A stretch of 64,000 nucleotides of DNA from a virus: the IMG/VR virus record IMGVR_UViG_3300013233_000195, positions 36,624-100,623 of that record, one strand, 5' to 3'. A program made the position numbers and the translations under genes. Under the pieces are notes generated by a model. It saw only the letters and a program-made list of their open reading frames with translations. It ran no database searches and was not told the origin of the DNA. Positions 1 through 8,485 of the stretch are shown piece after piece. Every line of letters starts with the position of its first letter. Position 1 is the first letter of the stretch.

Positions 1-426
1 ATCACATTCCTTCCGAGGAACAAGCTGCCTGGATTCACGCTGTGCTCAATGACGCTGGGCCAGATGGTGTAACAGTAAAACTCAAGAAAGAGGACGCCGA
101 GTGGCTGGCGAGACCGTGCTCCCGACATGGAAGGTACGCCTGCATGTTCCGCATCAAAGAAGCGGTGAAGCGAGCGCTGGACGCGAGTGATGAGTAGCGG
201 CGGGCGGAAGAAGCCGCCCTTCGTGCCGGACCAGGCCCTATTTACAGGGAGGAGCCTAATGAAAATAAGGAGGATTGGCATTTGGATGCACTAGACCATC
301 TAGCTATTGTGCTATATGGAAGGCCAGCTACTGCGAGAGAGTATTTGGGGGGATCTAATGCAAAGATTCTTGAAGACGCGGCGAAGATACTGGAAAGACT
401 TTTGTGTGAGCTAAAGGAGAAAGACA

Positions 427-636
427 ATGAGTAGTGGTGGAAGAAAGAAGCCGGTATTCCTCCCGAACCCAAGGCTGACGGTGGGCGAAGCAAGAGCCCT
501 TCGTAGTTCGAAGGTTATTATGGGGTGGGGGGATGTAATGAGGGTCCATGCCCCAAACTGTAGGTGCCCTGCGTGCCGTGGCATCCGCAAGCTCCGCGCC
601 GCGCTCAAGCGGATGGAAGAGGAGGAGAAGCCGTGA
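427..636 (+). CDS. Hypothetical small protein with HxxxCxCxxC motif
   Basis: ORF with upstream AAGGAG; its stop overlaps the next start. Confidence 0.55.
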   Translation: MSSGGRKKPVFLPNPRLTVGEARALRSSKVIMGWGDVMRVHAPNCRCPACRGIRKLRAALKRMEEEEKP

Positions 637-1016
637 AGATCGACCACCGCGAGCTGGAGCGCGACCTGGCCCGCAACCCGGCGGACTACGACGATGACAA
701 GGTGCAGACGCGAACCTGCCACTTAGCCAACCAGTACGGGCACGTCTTTGGAAAGGTGGTACTGGCTCCTGAATGCGGGAGCGACTTCTGTGATAGCTGC
801 GGCGATTGTTTGGGCTGTTCGCAAGCAGACGGTCCCTGCCTCGTGGACGAAGACGGGAACCACTTCTGGGTCCATTACAGCGACGACGTGGAGGCGTTGA
901 AAAAGTGGCTCGAAGAAAGGGAGGTGGACGAGGCGCACAGGGAAAAGCTGGTCGCCACCTGGAGTGATTTCGACCCACTCAAGCAGGCAGAGAAGGAGGA
1001 AAAAAACAATGAGTGA
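633..1016 (+). CDS. Hypothetical Cys-rich protein (GTG start at 633)
   Basis: GAGGAG upstream of GTG; CxxC-like cluster; coupled to neighbours. Confidence 0.65.
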   Translation: MKIDHRELERDLARNPADYDDDKVQTRTCHLANQYGHVFGKVVLAPECGSDFCDSCGDCLGCSQADGPCLVDEDGNHFWVHYSDDVEALKKWLEEREVDEAHREKLVATWSDFDPLKQAEKEEKNNE

Positions 1017-1414
1017 TCACAAGGGAGAAGTGGGAAGCCGACGTGTTCTACGAGGTCTGGAGGCTAGTGATGATTAACCTAGACGACAACCGCCGGACGG
1101 GGCGTACATCACGGATGCTCGCTGAGGCAGAACGCTTGGTTCGCGAGGAGGGCAAGCCTGTTCTAATTGTTGCGGCGAACTATGCTCAGTCCGAGGCCCT
1201 TCTCAAGCAGATTCCAAAGGATATTTCTGGTTCGATAGAAGTGCTTACTCTCCGAGAAGCGGCAACGCGGATCGACTTCGGCGAGGGCGATTGGCCCCGG
1301 ATGTGGGGTTTTTGTGTCTGCCTGGCAGATCACTACGCGACCGAGTTGTTTCTGGAGGAATGTGCTGGGTGGCTGATTGATCAGAGGAATCAGTGGGAAG
1401 CTGGAGGTGAGTGA
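1013..1414 (+). CDS. Hypothetical protein with P-loop-like RRTGRT motif
   Basis: Coupled ORF, SD AAGGAGG. Confidence 0.6.
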   Translation: MITREKWEADVFYEVWRLVMINLDDNRRTGRTSRMLAEAERLVREEGKPVLIVAANYAQSEALLKQIPKDISGSIEVLTLREAATRIDFGEGDWPRMWGFCVCLADHYATELFLEECAGWLIDQRNQWEAGGE

Positions 1415-2493
1415 TGCGAATTGAAGAGTTGCAGCTACACAACTTCCGCCGCTATGAAGCCGCTTTGTTCCGTTTCCACCCACAGTTCACAGTCCTCGTC
1501 GGTGACAACGGGAAGGGCAAGACAACGGTGCTTGATGCACTGGCGGTGCTGTTTGGCACCTACTTTCAGGGTTCGGGGATTGAGATAGGGCGACGAACAA
1601 TCCAGAAGTCAGACGCACGCTTCGTCGTACACGAAGTCGAGGGGCAGGTCTCGTTCGAGCCGCAACGCACGGTCTACCTCAAGGCGACGGTGGAAACCGG
1701 TGGCCGGTTGCTCACCTGGAGGCGAGATCTTGGAGATCGGGGCTCCAAGGCCCGAGAGCTTATTGAGTTGGGAGCGCAGCATCGCGATAGGGTCGCGGCG
1801 GGAGACTTCACCGACCTCCCGCTGATGCTCTACTATGGCTCGGGTCGGCTGTGGTGCCCTCACAAGGATGTGCAGCCCGACCGCCCAGGCTCTCGCCTGG
1901 ATGCATATCGCTTCAGCCTTGACCCCAAGTCCGACCACAAGGGCTTCGAGAGGTGGTTCAAGCGCCTCACATACGCCGCGCTTCAGAAGGGCACGGAAAG
2001 CCCGGCAATTGAGGCGGTCGCGCACGTCGTGAAGTCTTGCATCCCGGATGCACAATCTTTTTTCTTCGACACTGGTGGGGACCACATGGTCCTCTCCTTG
2101 GATGATGGGGAGTCGGTCCCTTTCGACAACCTCTCGGATGGCTTTCGGAACATGGTCGCGATGGTTGCGGACATCGCCCATCGTGCGAGCCGCCTCAACC
2201 CCCACCTCGGAGCGGACGCCCCCGCTCTCACGCGGGGGATTGTGCTCATCGACGAGATCGACCTCCATCTCCATCCGCGCTGGCAACGACGTGTCGTCCA
2301 CGACCTGAAGACCGCCTTCCCGGCACTCCAGTTCATCGCCACCACCCATTCGCCGTTCATCCTTCAATCTCTCAGTCCCGGCGAGGTCATCGACCTTGAT
2401 CTCGACACGAGCGCAGCCATCGTCAAGGCGACCCTGCCAGGAGCCGCGGCGCTGGCGAAGAAGGAGGCTATAAAAGATGAAAAGCGATCTTGA
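1411..2493 (+). CDS. AAA_21/ABC-type ATPase, PtuA (Septu/retron effector)-like, apparently C-terminally truncated
   Basis: Walker A GDNGKGKT, signature LSDG, Walker B/D-loop LIDEIDLHLHPRWQ, H-loop TTHSP. Confidence 0.85.
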   Translation: MMRIEELQLHNFRRYEAALFRFHPQFTVLVGDNGKGKTTVLDALAVLFGTYFQGSGIEIGRRTIQKSDARFVVHEVEGQVSFEPQRTVYLKATVETGGRLLTWRRDLGDRGSKARELIELGAQHRDRVAAGDFTDLPLMLYYGSGRLWCPHKDVQPDRPGSRLDAYRFSLDPKSDHKGFERWFKRLTYAALQKGTESPAIEAVAHVVKSCIPDAQSFFFDTGGDHMVLSLDDGESVPFDNLSDGFRNMVAMVADIAHRASRLNPHLGADAPALTRGIVLIDEIDLHLHPRWQRRVVHDLKTAFPALQFIATTHSPFILQSLSPGEVIDLDLDTSAAIVKATLPGAAALAKKEAIKDEKRS

Positions 2494-2776
2494 AATCCAC
2501 GAAGAATGTGCTAGAATTCAGGAACAACTAGAAAATCAGCGCGATGAGGCCATCGCTCGTGCAGACAGACTTGAACGGGAGCGAGCGGATGAGCGCGACC
2601 ATCCGTGGGCCGACTTTCTGGCCGCTAGGGTCCGGGCCATCAGATGGCTGCGCTCACAGAGGAAAACGAGCGGGGAAATCGCACAAGCGGTGTCACTGGA
2701 TGCTTCGCAGGTGTTTTCGATCCTGCTCAAGAGTGATATTCTGCCGGAGGAGACTCACATGGAGGAGAAGTCATGA
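2477..2776 (+). CDS. Hypothetical protein, possible C-terminal HTH
   Basis: Coupled ORF; SGEIAQAVSLDASQV resembles an HTH. Confidence 0.55.
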   Translation: MKSDLEIHEECARIQEQLENQRDEAIARADRLERERADERDHPWADFLAARVRAIRWLRSQRKTSGEIAQAVSLDASQVFSILLKSDILPEETHMEEKS

Positions 2777-3111
2777 AAGGACGTAGACCGTGGCGGCCTC
2801 ACCCAAAAGCTGATTCCTTGATTCTCGACGTTGACGGGCATGTTGTGTGCAAGGTCTCTCTGCCCACCGGACAACCAGCGAAGCCAATCCGGGACATGGT
2901 GGTGCGTGCGGTGAACCTTTATGAAAGAGTGCAAGGGACCCGAGAAGAGAGGCCAAGTGTTATACTTGCCGATGACAAGCCAAGGAAGGTTAACGTAGAT
3001 TGTCGGAAGTCTCGTACTCGTCATTCCCGGCAAGTCAGGAGACTTCCAAGATTTGTGCCGGATCGGTTTGCTAGCTCAAAGGGCCTCTGGACAAAAGGAG
3101 ATGCAAAATGA
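2773..3111 (+). CDS. Hypothetical protein
   Basis: ATGA overlap, SD GGAGG. Confidence 0.55.
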   Translation: MKGRRPWRPHPKADSLILDVDGHVVCKVSLPTGQPAKPIRDMVVRAVNLYERVQGTREERPSVILADDKPRKVNVDCRKSRTRHSRQVRRLPRFVPDRFASSKGLWTKGDAK

Positions 3112-3305
3112 AGTTCAAACCACTTACAAGACAGCAGTTAGAAACACTTAGAGATGATGATGGCATTGCAGTCTTTGAACCCGACACATGGCAAGTTGCT
3201 TGTACCGCTCTCTATTACCTGGACCTACTTTGCGATGCCACTATCCGGGCTGAGAGACTTGAACGGGAAATACAAGATTCCAATTCAGAAGAAGAAAATA
3301 AATGA
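3108..3305 (+). CDS. Hypothetical protein
   Basis: ATGA overlap, SD AAGGAG. Confidence 0.6.
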   Translation: MKFKPLTRQQLETLRDDDGIAVFEPDTWQVACTALYYLDLLCDATIRAERLEREIQDSNSEEENK

Positions 3306-3475
3306 GAAAATCAACAAAAGGTGTCTTTACAAAAGTCTTCTTTGCTGCCCTCTTTGCAATGGCAGGTGCTCAAGTCCTTGGAGTTCCTGCACAGTTGATT
3401 GCTGGAGGTGGACTAATTATTGCTGCCGCACTCTTCCTTGTGGTGGCTCTTGTAGACTTTCTTATTCCCCTTTAA
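3302..3475 (+). CDS. Small two-TM membrane protein (57 aa, not in ORF track)
   Basis: Manual translation MRKSTKGVFTKVFFAALFAMAGAQ...VDFLIPL; fills the gap with an ATGA overlap. Confidence 0.6.
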   Translation: MRKSTKGVFTKVFFAALFAMAGAQVLGVPAQLIAGGGLIIAAALFLVVALVDFLIPL

Positions 3476-3485
3476 GGAGAACACA

Positions 3486-4121
3486 ATGCAGTATCCAAAG
3501 ATTCAATCTGTTTGGAAAAGAGATCCAAAAACGCCCAAGTATCTTTTGGAAGGCCAGTGGACCACACCAGAATTCGAGTACCTTAAGGATCTCTTCTGGG
3601 AGTGGACGGAGAAGGTTGATGGAATGAATATCCGAGTCATCTGGGACAAGGATAGCCCCCAGCCACTTCGGTTCGCTGGTAGGACGGACAGAGCACAGAT
3701 CCCAACATTTCTACTAGACAAACTTTTTGAGTTGTTCCCACCAACTAAGTTTGCAGACTTTCCAGATCAGATTACTCTGTTTGGAGAAGGTTACGGTGAA
3801 AAGATTCAGAAGGGTGGGGGCAATTACGGCGAGCCTTCCTTTGTGCTTTTCGATGTTTTCTGTGGCATGTGGCTCAAAAGAGACAATGTTAATGACATCG
3901 CCGCAGTGCTAGGTATTCGATCTGTGCCAGTCGTAGGTTTTGGGACTCTTCCAGAACTGGTTAAGTATGCTGAAGCTGGTCCCGACTCATGCTGGGGAGA
4001 TTTCACTGCTGAAGGATTTGTTGCCCGCCCAACATTTGAGTTGCTTGACAGAAGAGGAAACAGAATCATCACAAAGATAAAGTACAAGGACTTTAATCAT
4101 GGAGATTCAAATGTCGTTTGA
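3486..4121 (+). CDS. ATP-dependent RNA ligase (Rnl2-like family)
   Basis: Motif I EKVDGMN, motif III FGEGYG, IIIa FVLFDV, IV EGFV, V KIK. Confidence 0.85.
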   Translation: MQYPKIQSVWKRDPKTPKYLLEGQWTTPEFEYLKDLFWEWTEKVDGMNIRVIWDKDSPQPLRFAGRTDRAQIPTFLLDKLFELFPPTKFADFPDQITLFGEGYGEKIQKGGGNYGEPSFVLFDVFCGMWLKRDNVNDIAAVLGIRSVPVVGFGTLPELVKYAEAGPDSCWGDFTAEGFVARPTFELLDRRGNRIITKIKYKDFNHGDSNVV

Positions 4122-4269
4122 TAGCGCTGTAAAGGTCTCTAGAATCATTATAACGGTTGCATCTGGTTTCACAGGCATCTTCCTCCTTGGAGCGGCCCCA
4201 AAAACCATTCTAGGTATCTTCCTGCTTGCTTATGCGTTTATCCGCATCATAGGAGATCTCTACTTATGA
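4111..4269 (+). CDS. Small two-TM membrane protein (52 aa, not in ORF track)
   Basis: Manual translation MSFDSAVKVSRIIITVASGFTGIFLLG...; SD GGAG. Confidence 0.5.
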   Translation: MSFDSAVKVSRIIITVASGFTGIFLLGAAPKTILGIFLLAYAFIRIIGDLYL

Positions 4270-4372
4270 AGACCAAAAAACCAACAATTCTAGACAATAA
4301 CAACCTTACTAGAAAAGAGCGTAAGGCGGTTATACGAGCACTTTATCAACTCATCCAAAACTTAGAGGATCA

Positions 4373-4702
4373 ATGGCAATTATGGAAAAGATGACAAGTA
4401 CACAAGAACAACCGACCACACTAAGACTTTGTCACCGCTCCGAAGCCCCCAAAACATCTTTGACTTTTGAGACCGCATTACCAGTCTACAACAAGCTCAA
4501 GCCATTTCTAGCCCTTCGTAAAAACCTTCTATTCCCAGGGCAGTTTAGATCAGCCGGAAAACATCGTTGTTTGGCAACCTCCGCAAGAATGTTTACCGAA
4601 GTCGTGTGGGCACCAAATCCAGCGCAAAAATACAGAAGGCTCAGATACGACGAGTTCTGCGCATACTACAACATTTACCCTTTCAATGGTCGTGAATTTT
4701 AA
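4373..4702 (+). CDS. Hypothetical protein
   Basis: ORF coupled to the MTase start (TAATG). Confidence 0.5.
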   Translation: MAIMEKMTSTQEQPTTLRLCHRSEAPKTSLTFETALPVYNKLKPFLALRKNLLFPGQFRSAGKHRCLATSARMFTEVVWAPNPAQKYRRLRYDEFCAYYNIYPFNGREF

Positions 4703-5394
4703 TGCTTACCGTAGGTTCCTGCTTTACTGGCATCGGTGGTATTGATATTGGGCTCTCACTAGCAGGGCTCAAAGTCCTTTGGCAGATTGAAATAGATCCC
4801 CAATGCCAAAGAATCCTAAAATCCCATTGGCCCATCACAACACTTTACAAGGATATTTGCAATGTTCCAAAGACAATCAAGCACGTTGACGTTATCACTG
4901 GAGGTATCCCCTGCCAACCCACAAGCCAAGCAGCCGCCAGAACCCACAGGGGGAAACATTGGATGTGGCCTCCCTTCTTCAACCTTATCAAAACTCTCAA
5001 ACCCAAATACGTTATCATTGAAAATCCCCAAAGTCTTCGCTTCCGTCAAAGAGGACTTGGCGAAATACTCCAAGACTTGGCCCAAATCGGGTATGATGCG
5101 GAATGGTCTGTGTTACGAGCTTCCGACATTGGAGCACCACACAGAAGAGCCCGAATATGGGTGGTTGCCCACCCCCACAGCAAAAGCAAACCAGACAGCA
5201 CCATCCATGCAGAAGCACCGCTCCTGTCGCAATTTACAAAGACTGTTCCCTGGCCCGATCCACCCAAACATATTCGAATGGCTTCTTGGGTTCCCCATAG
5301 ATATGACAGACTTAGAATGCTTGGAAACGCGGCCATGCCCGCCATGGCCCACACAATAGGAGAATACATTCTCAATCATAATGGAGAATCATGA
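4702..5394 (+). CDS. C5 cytosine DNA methyltransferase (alpha-like polypeptide)
   Basis: Motifs I FTGIGG, IV PCQ, VI ENP, VIII HRRARIW, X LGNA; no in-frame motif IX. Confidence 0.9.
   Translation: MLTVGSCFTGIGGIDIGLSLAGLKVLWQIEIDPQCQRILKSHWPITTLYKDICNVPKTIKHVDVITGGIPCQPTSQAAARTHRGKHWMWPPFFNLIKTLKPKYVIIENPQSLRFRQRGLGEILQDLAQIGYDAEWSVLRASDIGAPHRRARIWVVAHPHSKSKPDSTIHAEAPLLSQFTKTVPWPDPPKHIRMASWVPHRYDRLRMLGNAAMPAMAHTIGEYILNHNGES
4862..5359 (+). CDS. Alternative-frame MTase subunit (M.EcoHK31I beta-like) nested in the C5 MTase gene
   Basis: Open +1 frame with WPKSGMMRNG, WLPTP and motif IX-like IHPNIFEWLLGFPIDMT. Confidence 0.7.
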   Translation: MFQRQSSTLTLSLEVSPANPQAKQPPEPTGGNIGCGLPSSTLSKLSNPNTLSLKIPKVFASVKEDLAKYSKTWPKSGMMRNGLCYELPTLEHHTEEPEYGWLPTPTAKANQTAPSMQKHRSCRNLQRLFPGPIHPNIFEWLLGFPIDMTDLECLETRPCPPWPTQ

Positions 5395-5615
5395 AACCTT
5401 TTAGAATTGTCCACACAAAGGAAACCAATCATTATGAAATCCGTGAAATCGTCTATGACACAAACAAGAACATTGTAAACTCTTTTCCCACAATCCTTGT
5501 AGAAGCAACACAAGAAGAACTCTTACAAAAGGTTAAAGATATAATGGAAGCGTTCTCCTCCCCAGTTTTACACTCTTCACCACTACATAGACGTAGTAGG
5601 CTAAAAGAACACTAA
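5391..5615 (+). CDS. Hypothetical protein
   Basis: ATGA overlap, SD GGAG. Confidence 0.6.
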   Translation: MKPFRIVHTKETNHYEIREIVYDTNKNIVNSFPTILVEATQEELLQKVKDIMEAFSSPVLHSSPLHRRSRLKEH

Positions 5616-5657
5616 AGATACTGAGATAACCATTATCATCACACAAAGGATAATAAA

Positions 5658-5876
5658 ATGAGAACAAAACAAGATCAACTATGCCCGCGCTGTATGGGCA
5701 CAGGAACCTACATATTTCCAGGCGACTCGACCCCAACCTCCTGTGAGTGGTGCCATACCACTGGCAAGGTAGACCGGTACACAAAAGATAGGTGTATAGA
5801 GTTCTACAGACAACAGAAACAAAAGAAGCACATCTCCACCCTCCCAATCCATTTGAGGCCAGCACAGGGCAAATGA
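5658..5876 (+). CDS. Small protein with DnaJ-type CxxCxGxG zinc motifs
   Basis: CPRCMGTG and CEWCHTTG. Confidence 0.65.
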   Translation: MRTKQDQLCPRCMGTGTYIFPGDSTPTSCEWCHTTGKVDRYTKDRCIEFYRQQKQKKHISTLPIHLRPAQGK

Positions 5877-5931
5877 GGGGGACTACAAGCGATTCTCACA
5901 CAAGAGTTGAGCACAGGGAGTGGCCCCCGCT

Positions 5932-6070
5932 TGTGCTCGTTAGTATAACATACCATTTTTTTGAGCTAAATTTACATTGGCTAATTTTTTTTGAGCTTCT
6001 GTGCTCTCACCTGTGCTCTTTAGTGTAACATACCATTTTTTTGAGTCATTTTTATGGTGGCTATTTTTTA
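5932..6070. repeat. Imperfect AT-rich direct repeat, 80-bp period, at the convergence of + and - strand genes
   Basis: TGTGCTCKTTAGTRTAACATACCATTTTTTTGAG at 5932 and 6012. Confidence 0.8.
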
Positions 6071-6153
6071 GCTTAGTTCATGCCACCTTGAGATTTCCGA
6101 TTTTGGAGTAAAAGATATCTATATCTTTTTATCCGGAGTTGGACTGGCGGAAT

Positions 6154-6180
6154 GCCCCACGCGCGCGTTGCGCGTGGGGC
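6154..6180 (-). terminator. GC-rich hairpin downstream of 6191..6868
   Basis: GCCCCACGCGC...GCGCGTGGGGC; no clear U-tract. Confidence 0.45.
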
Positions 6181-6190
6181 CCGCCCCTAC

Positions 6191-6868
6191 CTACTCCGCG
6201 TCGTCGTCCGCGTCGTCGTCCGCGTCGTCGTCCGCGTCGTCGTCCGCGTCGTCGTCCGCGTCGATCAACGCGCGGACGGCCGATTCGGACGCATCCCGCT
6301 CCAGCGTATCAAGCTGGCGGGCCAGCGTTTCGTGATCGGCGATCACGCGTCCCAAAAGCGTGTCGTCGTCCCCAGTAGGACGTTCCAAGAGAGAACGAAC
6401 CCCGCGCAATGCCGACAGATAGAGTTTGTCATGATTCAGAACCGGATACCAGATAGACTTTTGAACCCCCTCCATCGCAAGCCGGGCCTCAGGCTTGTGG
6501 GCAAGGTGCGCAGGGAGTCCGGAAACAATCGCGGCTTGCGCCGTCCATCGGGCGGTTTTTCCCGCCGCGTGATAGGCGACTAGCCGACATTCTCGAAGTA
6601 CTGTATCGGCCTCTTTTCCACCTACCTTGTAGGCGTGAATCTCCACCTCCTGCCCCTTGGGTTTGCGTCCACGCCGCGTAGCTTTGCCTGATACTCCCTC
6701 CGCGATCTTTCGGATTGCGTCAAGGGGATCATCATCGGCCACCATTCCGAGAATCCCGACACCGGCCAAGCCAATCATGCCGACCAAGGTGCCAGCGTTG
6801 ACGACTTGCGCCACAAGCTCCAACGCGAGCAACGCAAGAGCAAAAACGAGGAGCCAAGAACTACGCAT
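6191..6868 (-). CDS. Membrane-anchored protein with acidic (ADDD)n C-terminal tail
   Basis: Two N-terminal hydrophobic segments; SD GGAAGG; GC-rich. Confidence 0.7.
   Translation of the reverse strand: MRSSWLLVFALALLALELVAQVVNAGTLVGMIGLAGVGILGMVADDDPLDAIRKIAEGVSGKATRRGRKPKGQEVEIHAYKVGGKEADTVLRECRLVAYHAAGKTARWTAQAAIVSGLPAHLAHKPEARLAMEGVQKSIWYPVLNHDKLYLSALRGVRSLLERPTGDDDTLLGRVIADHETLARQLDTLERDASESAVRALIDADDDADDDADDDADDDADDDAE
6197..6263. repeat. 12-bp tandem repeat CGCGTCGTCGTC x5.6
   Basis: Seen directly; encodes DADDDADDD... on the - strand. Confidence 0.95.
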
Positions 6869-6871
6869 AAC

Positions 6872-7033
6872 CTACCTTCCTTCCATGCGCCGACAATCGG
6901 CGCGCTTGCGGGCCCTCACGGTCCCTACGATAGGGACCATGAACAACCCGATCAATCCTAGCAGGCTACAACCCACTAGTGCCACGACTACGCCGCCCCT
7001 TGCGCCGTCGCCGTGGACTAGTGCATAGTCCAT
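6872..7033 (-). CDS. Small single-TM protein
   Basis: MDYALVHG... hydrophobic stretch then basic tail. Confidence 0.45.
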   Translation of the reverse strand: MDYALVHGDGARGGVVVALVGCSLLGLIGLFMVPIVGTVRARKRADCRRMEGR

Positions 7034-7307
7034 GCCAGACTCTATCCCGTTGATTTTCAACGACTTAGGTTTTCGCCGATCCGTCGATCCGTCAAGCCCA
7101 CCGACACCATCCCGACGGCCAAAACGGCGTAACTCGTTGTCACGTAAGGAGTTAGGCCATTTTCGACCAGCGTAAAGAATTCCGTCAACGGTAAAATCGA
7201 CCGAAACTCGGAAACGCCGAATTCAGCCCCTACAGGCCGAATACGCCCATTCTGCGGTAGGTCCAGAATTATCGAAAGATTCCGTCGATCTGGCCTAACT
7301 TGAGAAA

Positions 7308-7320
7308 AATCAACGGGTTA
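7308..7320 (+). promoter_or_regulatory. IHF-binding consensus site
   Basis: AATCAACGGGTTA matches WATCAANNNNTTR; near-matches at 7043-7067 and 7130-7154. Confidence 0.6.
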
Positions 7321-7356
7321 CGAGGTTCCAGGTTTCGGCTGGCGGATCGGACGGTT

Positions 7357-7441
7357 TGGCACGATTCTTGCTCAAATCTCGAGGGTTTTTTTTGGCACGA
7401 TTCTTGCTCTGGCACGATTCTTGCTCTGGCACGATTCTTGC
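7357..7441 (+). promoter_or_regulatory. Cluster of four sigma54 (RpoN) -24/-12 elements
   Basis: TGGCACGATTCTTGCT at 7357, 7393, 7410 and 7427 (last three in 17-bp tandem) = TGGCACG-N4-TTGC. Confidence 0.8.
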
Positions 7442-8035
7442 TCAACGGCCAAATGATAATAGATTCCCATTCTCAACCCCCCCCATGCTAAACATATCTA
7501 TAGTGTATTCTATACTGTATATTGCTTATCTTATTTCTAATCTTATATTCCAATCCAGTCTTCTAATATTCCAGCCAGTTATTAGTATTCTATTCCGATC
7601 TCCCCAATTTCTTGTTAGAATGGGGCCAAAATCGACTAGAATTTCTTATATTGATAGTATGAGCCCAATACAGTCAATATAGCGTTTTTCACCTCCCCAA
7701 AATGCGTATATTGATAGATAGCTGGGATTATTCCTAAAGGAAACGCACTTTAGCCTTTTCAGAACCGCTATAATCTTTGTATTTCACAGGGGATAATATC
7801 AGGCTAATAACAGTATTATTTATCGCCACAATCAACCGATTTCGGTTGCCATCGCCAGTAAGGCGTCTAGCTTGCGCTCTAAGCGATTTTCATCTTTGGG
7901 GATGCCTGGAGTACCCTATTCGACGATCGTCGATCCTGACGCAATTCAGGGCCGTTCCCGTCGATTCTCCGCCCGTGATCGGGACGCAATTCCCGATTCC
8001 GGGAATCTGGACGCGATACCACAATATGAATATAC

Positions 8036-8075
8036 AAAAAAAATAGGCGCTAGGAGGAATCCCCTAGCACCTATT
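8036..8075 (-). terminator. Intrinsic terminator
   Basis: Hairpin ATAGGCGCTAGG/CCTAGCACCTAT with A-run on + (U-tract on -). Confidence 0.8.
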
Positions 8076-8094
8076 ACTATAGAAGACTAGATTA

Positions 8095-8250
8095 CTAGTC
8101 TTCTATCCTCCTGTAGGAAAAGCACGCGCAAAGCTCCTCAGGATCATACGACTCTCTGTATCTCTTTGCAAGAGCCAGAGCTTCCCTGTGCGTGTCCACA
8201 ATCCCGATCCGGATTTCCCCATCTGGGACTTCCATATAGACTTCAATCAT
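8095..8250 (-). CDS. Hypothetical protein
   Basis: SD GGAGG, coupled. Confidence 0.55.
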   Translation of the reverse strand: MIEVYMEVPDGEIRIGIVDTHREALALAKRYRESYDPEELCACFSYRRIED

Positions 8251-8485
8251 CTTCTTCCTCCTCCAGAAGATCATGAACCGCCCCACAGTCTTCACAAATG
8301 GCACAAGTAATGCCATCTACGAGCCTTCCGCCGCACATACAATACCGGATGGTATTGCTATTCTCTTCGTCCAGTGCATTCCGAATTGAATGATTCAATT
8401 CGGAGAGCTTTTCTAGCCCCACAATATGGGCAGGAAGAATATACTCCTCTTCCTGCCCATAGGGGATTCCGGTTCCTTCAGCCAT
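8243..8485 (-). CDS. Hypothetical Zn-ribbon protein
   Basis: CxC...CxxC; SD GGAG. Confidence 0.55.
   Translation of the reverse strand: MAEGTGIPYGQEEEYILPAHIVGLEKLSELNHSIRNALDEENSNTIRYCMCGGRLVDGITCAICEDCGAVHDLLEEEEDD

Noticed and set aside
1609-2367. 252-aa antisense ORF inside the ATPase
   Set aside because: Expected shadow of a GC-rich gene; no motifs
6139-6583. + strand ORFs with RRRP or VVVR repeats
   Set aside because: Alternative readings of the 12-bp repeat; the - strand ORF has the RBS and TM segments
7393-7443. 17-bp tandem repeat as a CRISPR array
   Set aside because: No spacers; the unit matches the sigma54 consensus and recurs singly elsewhere
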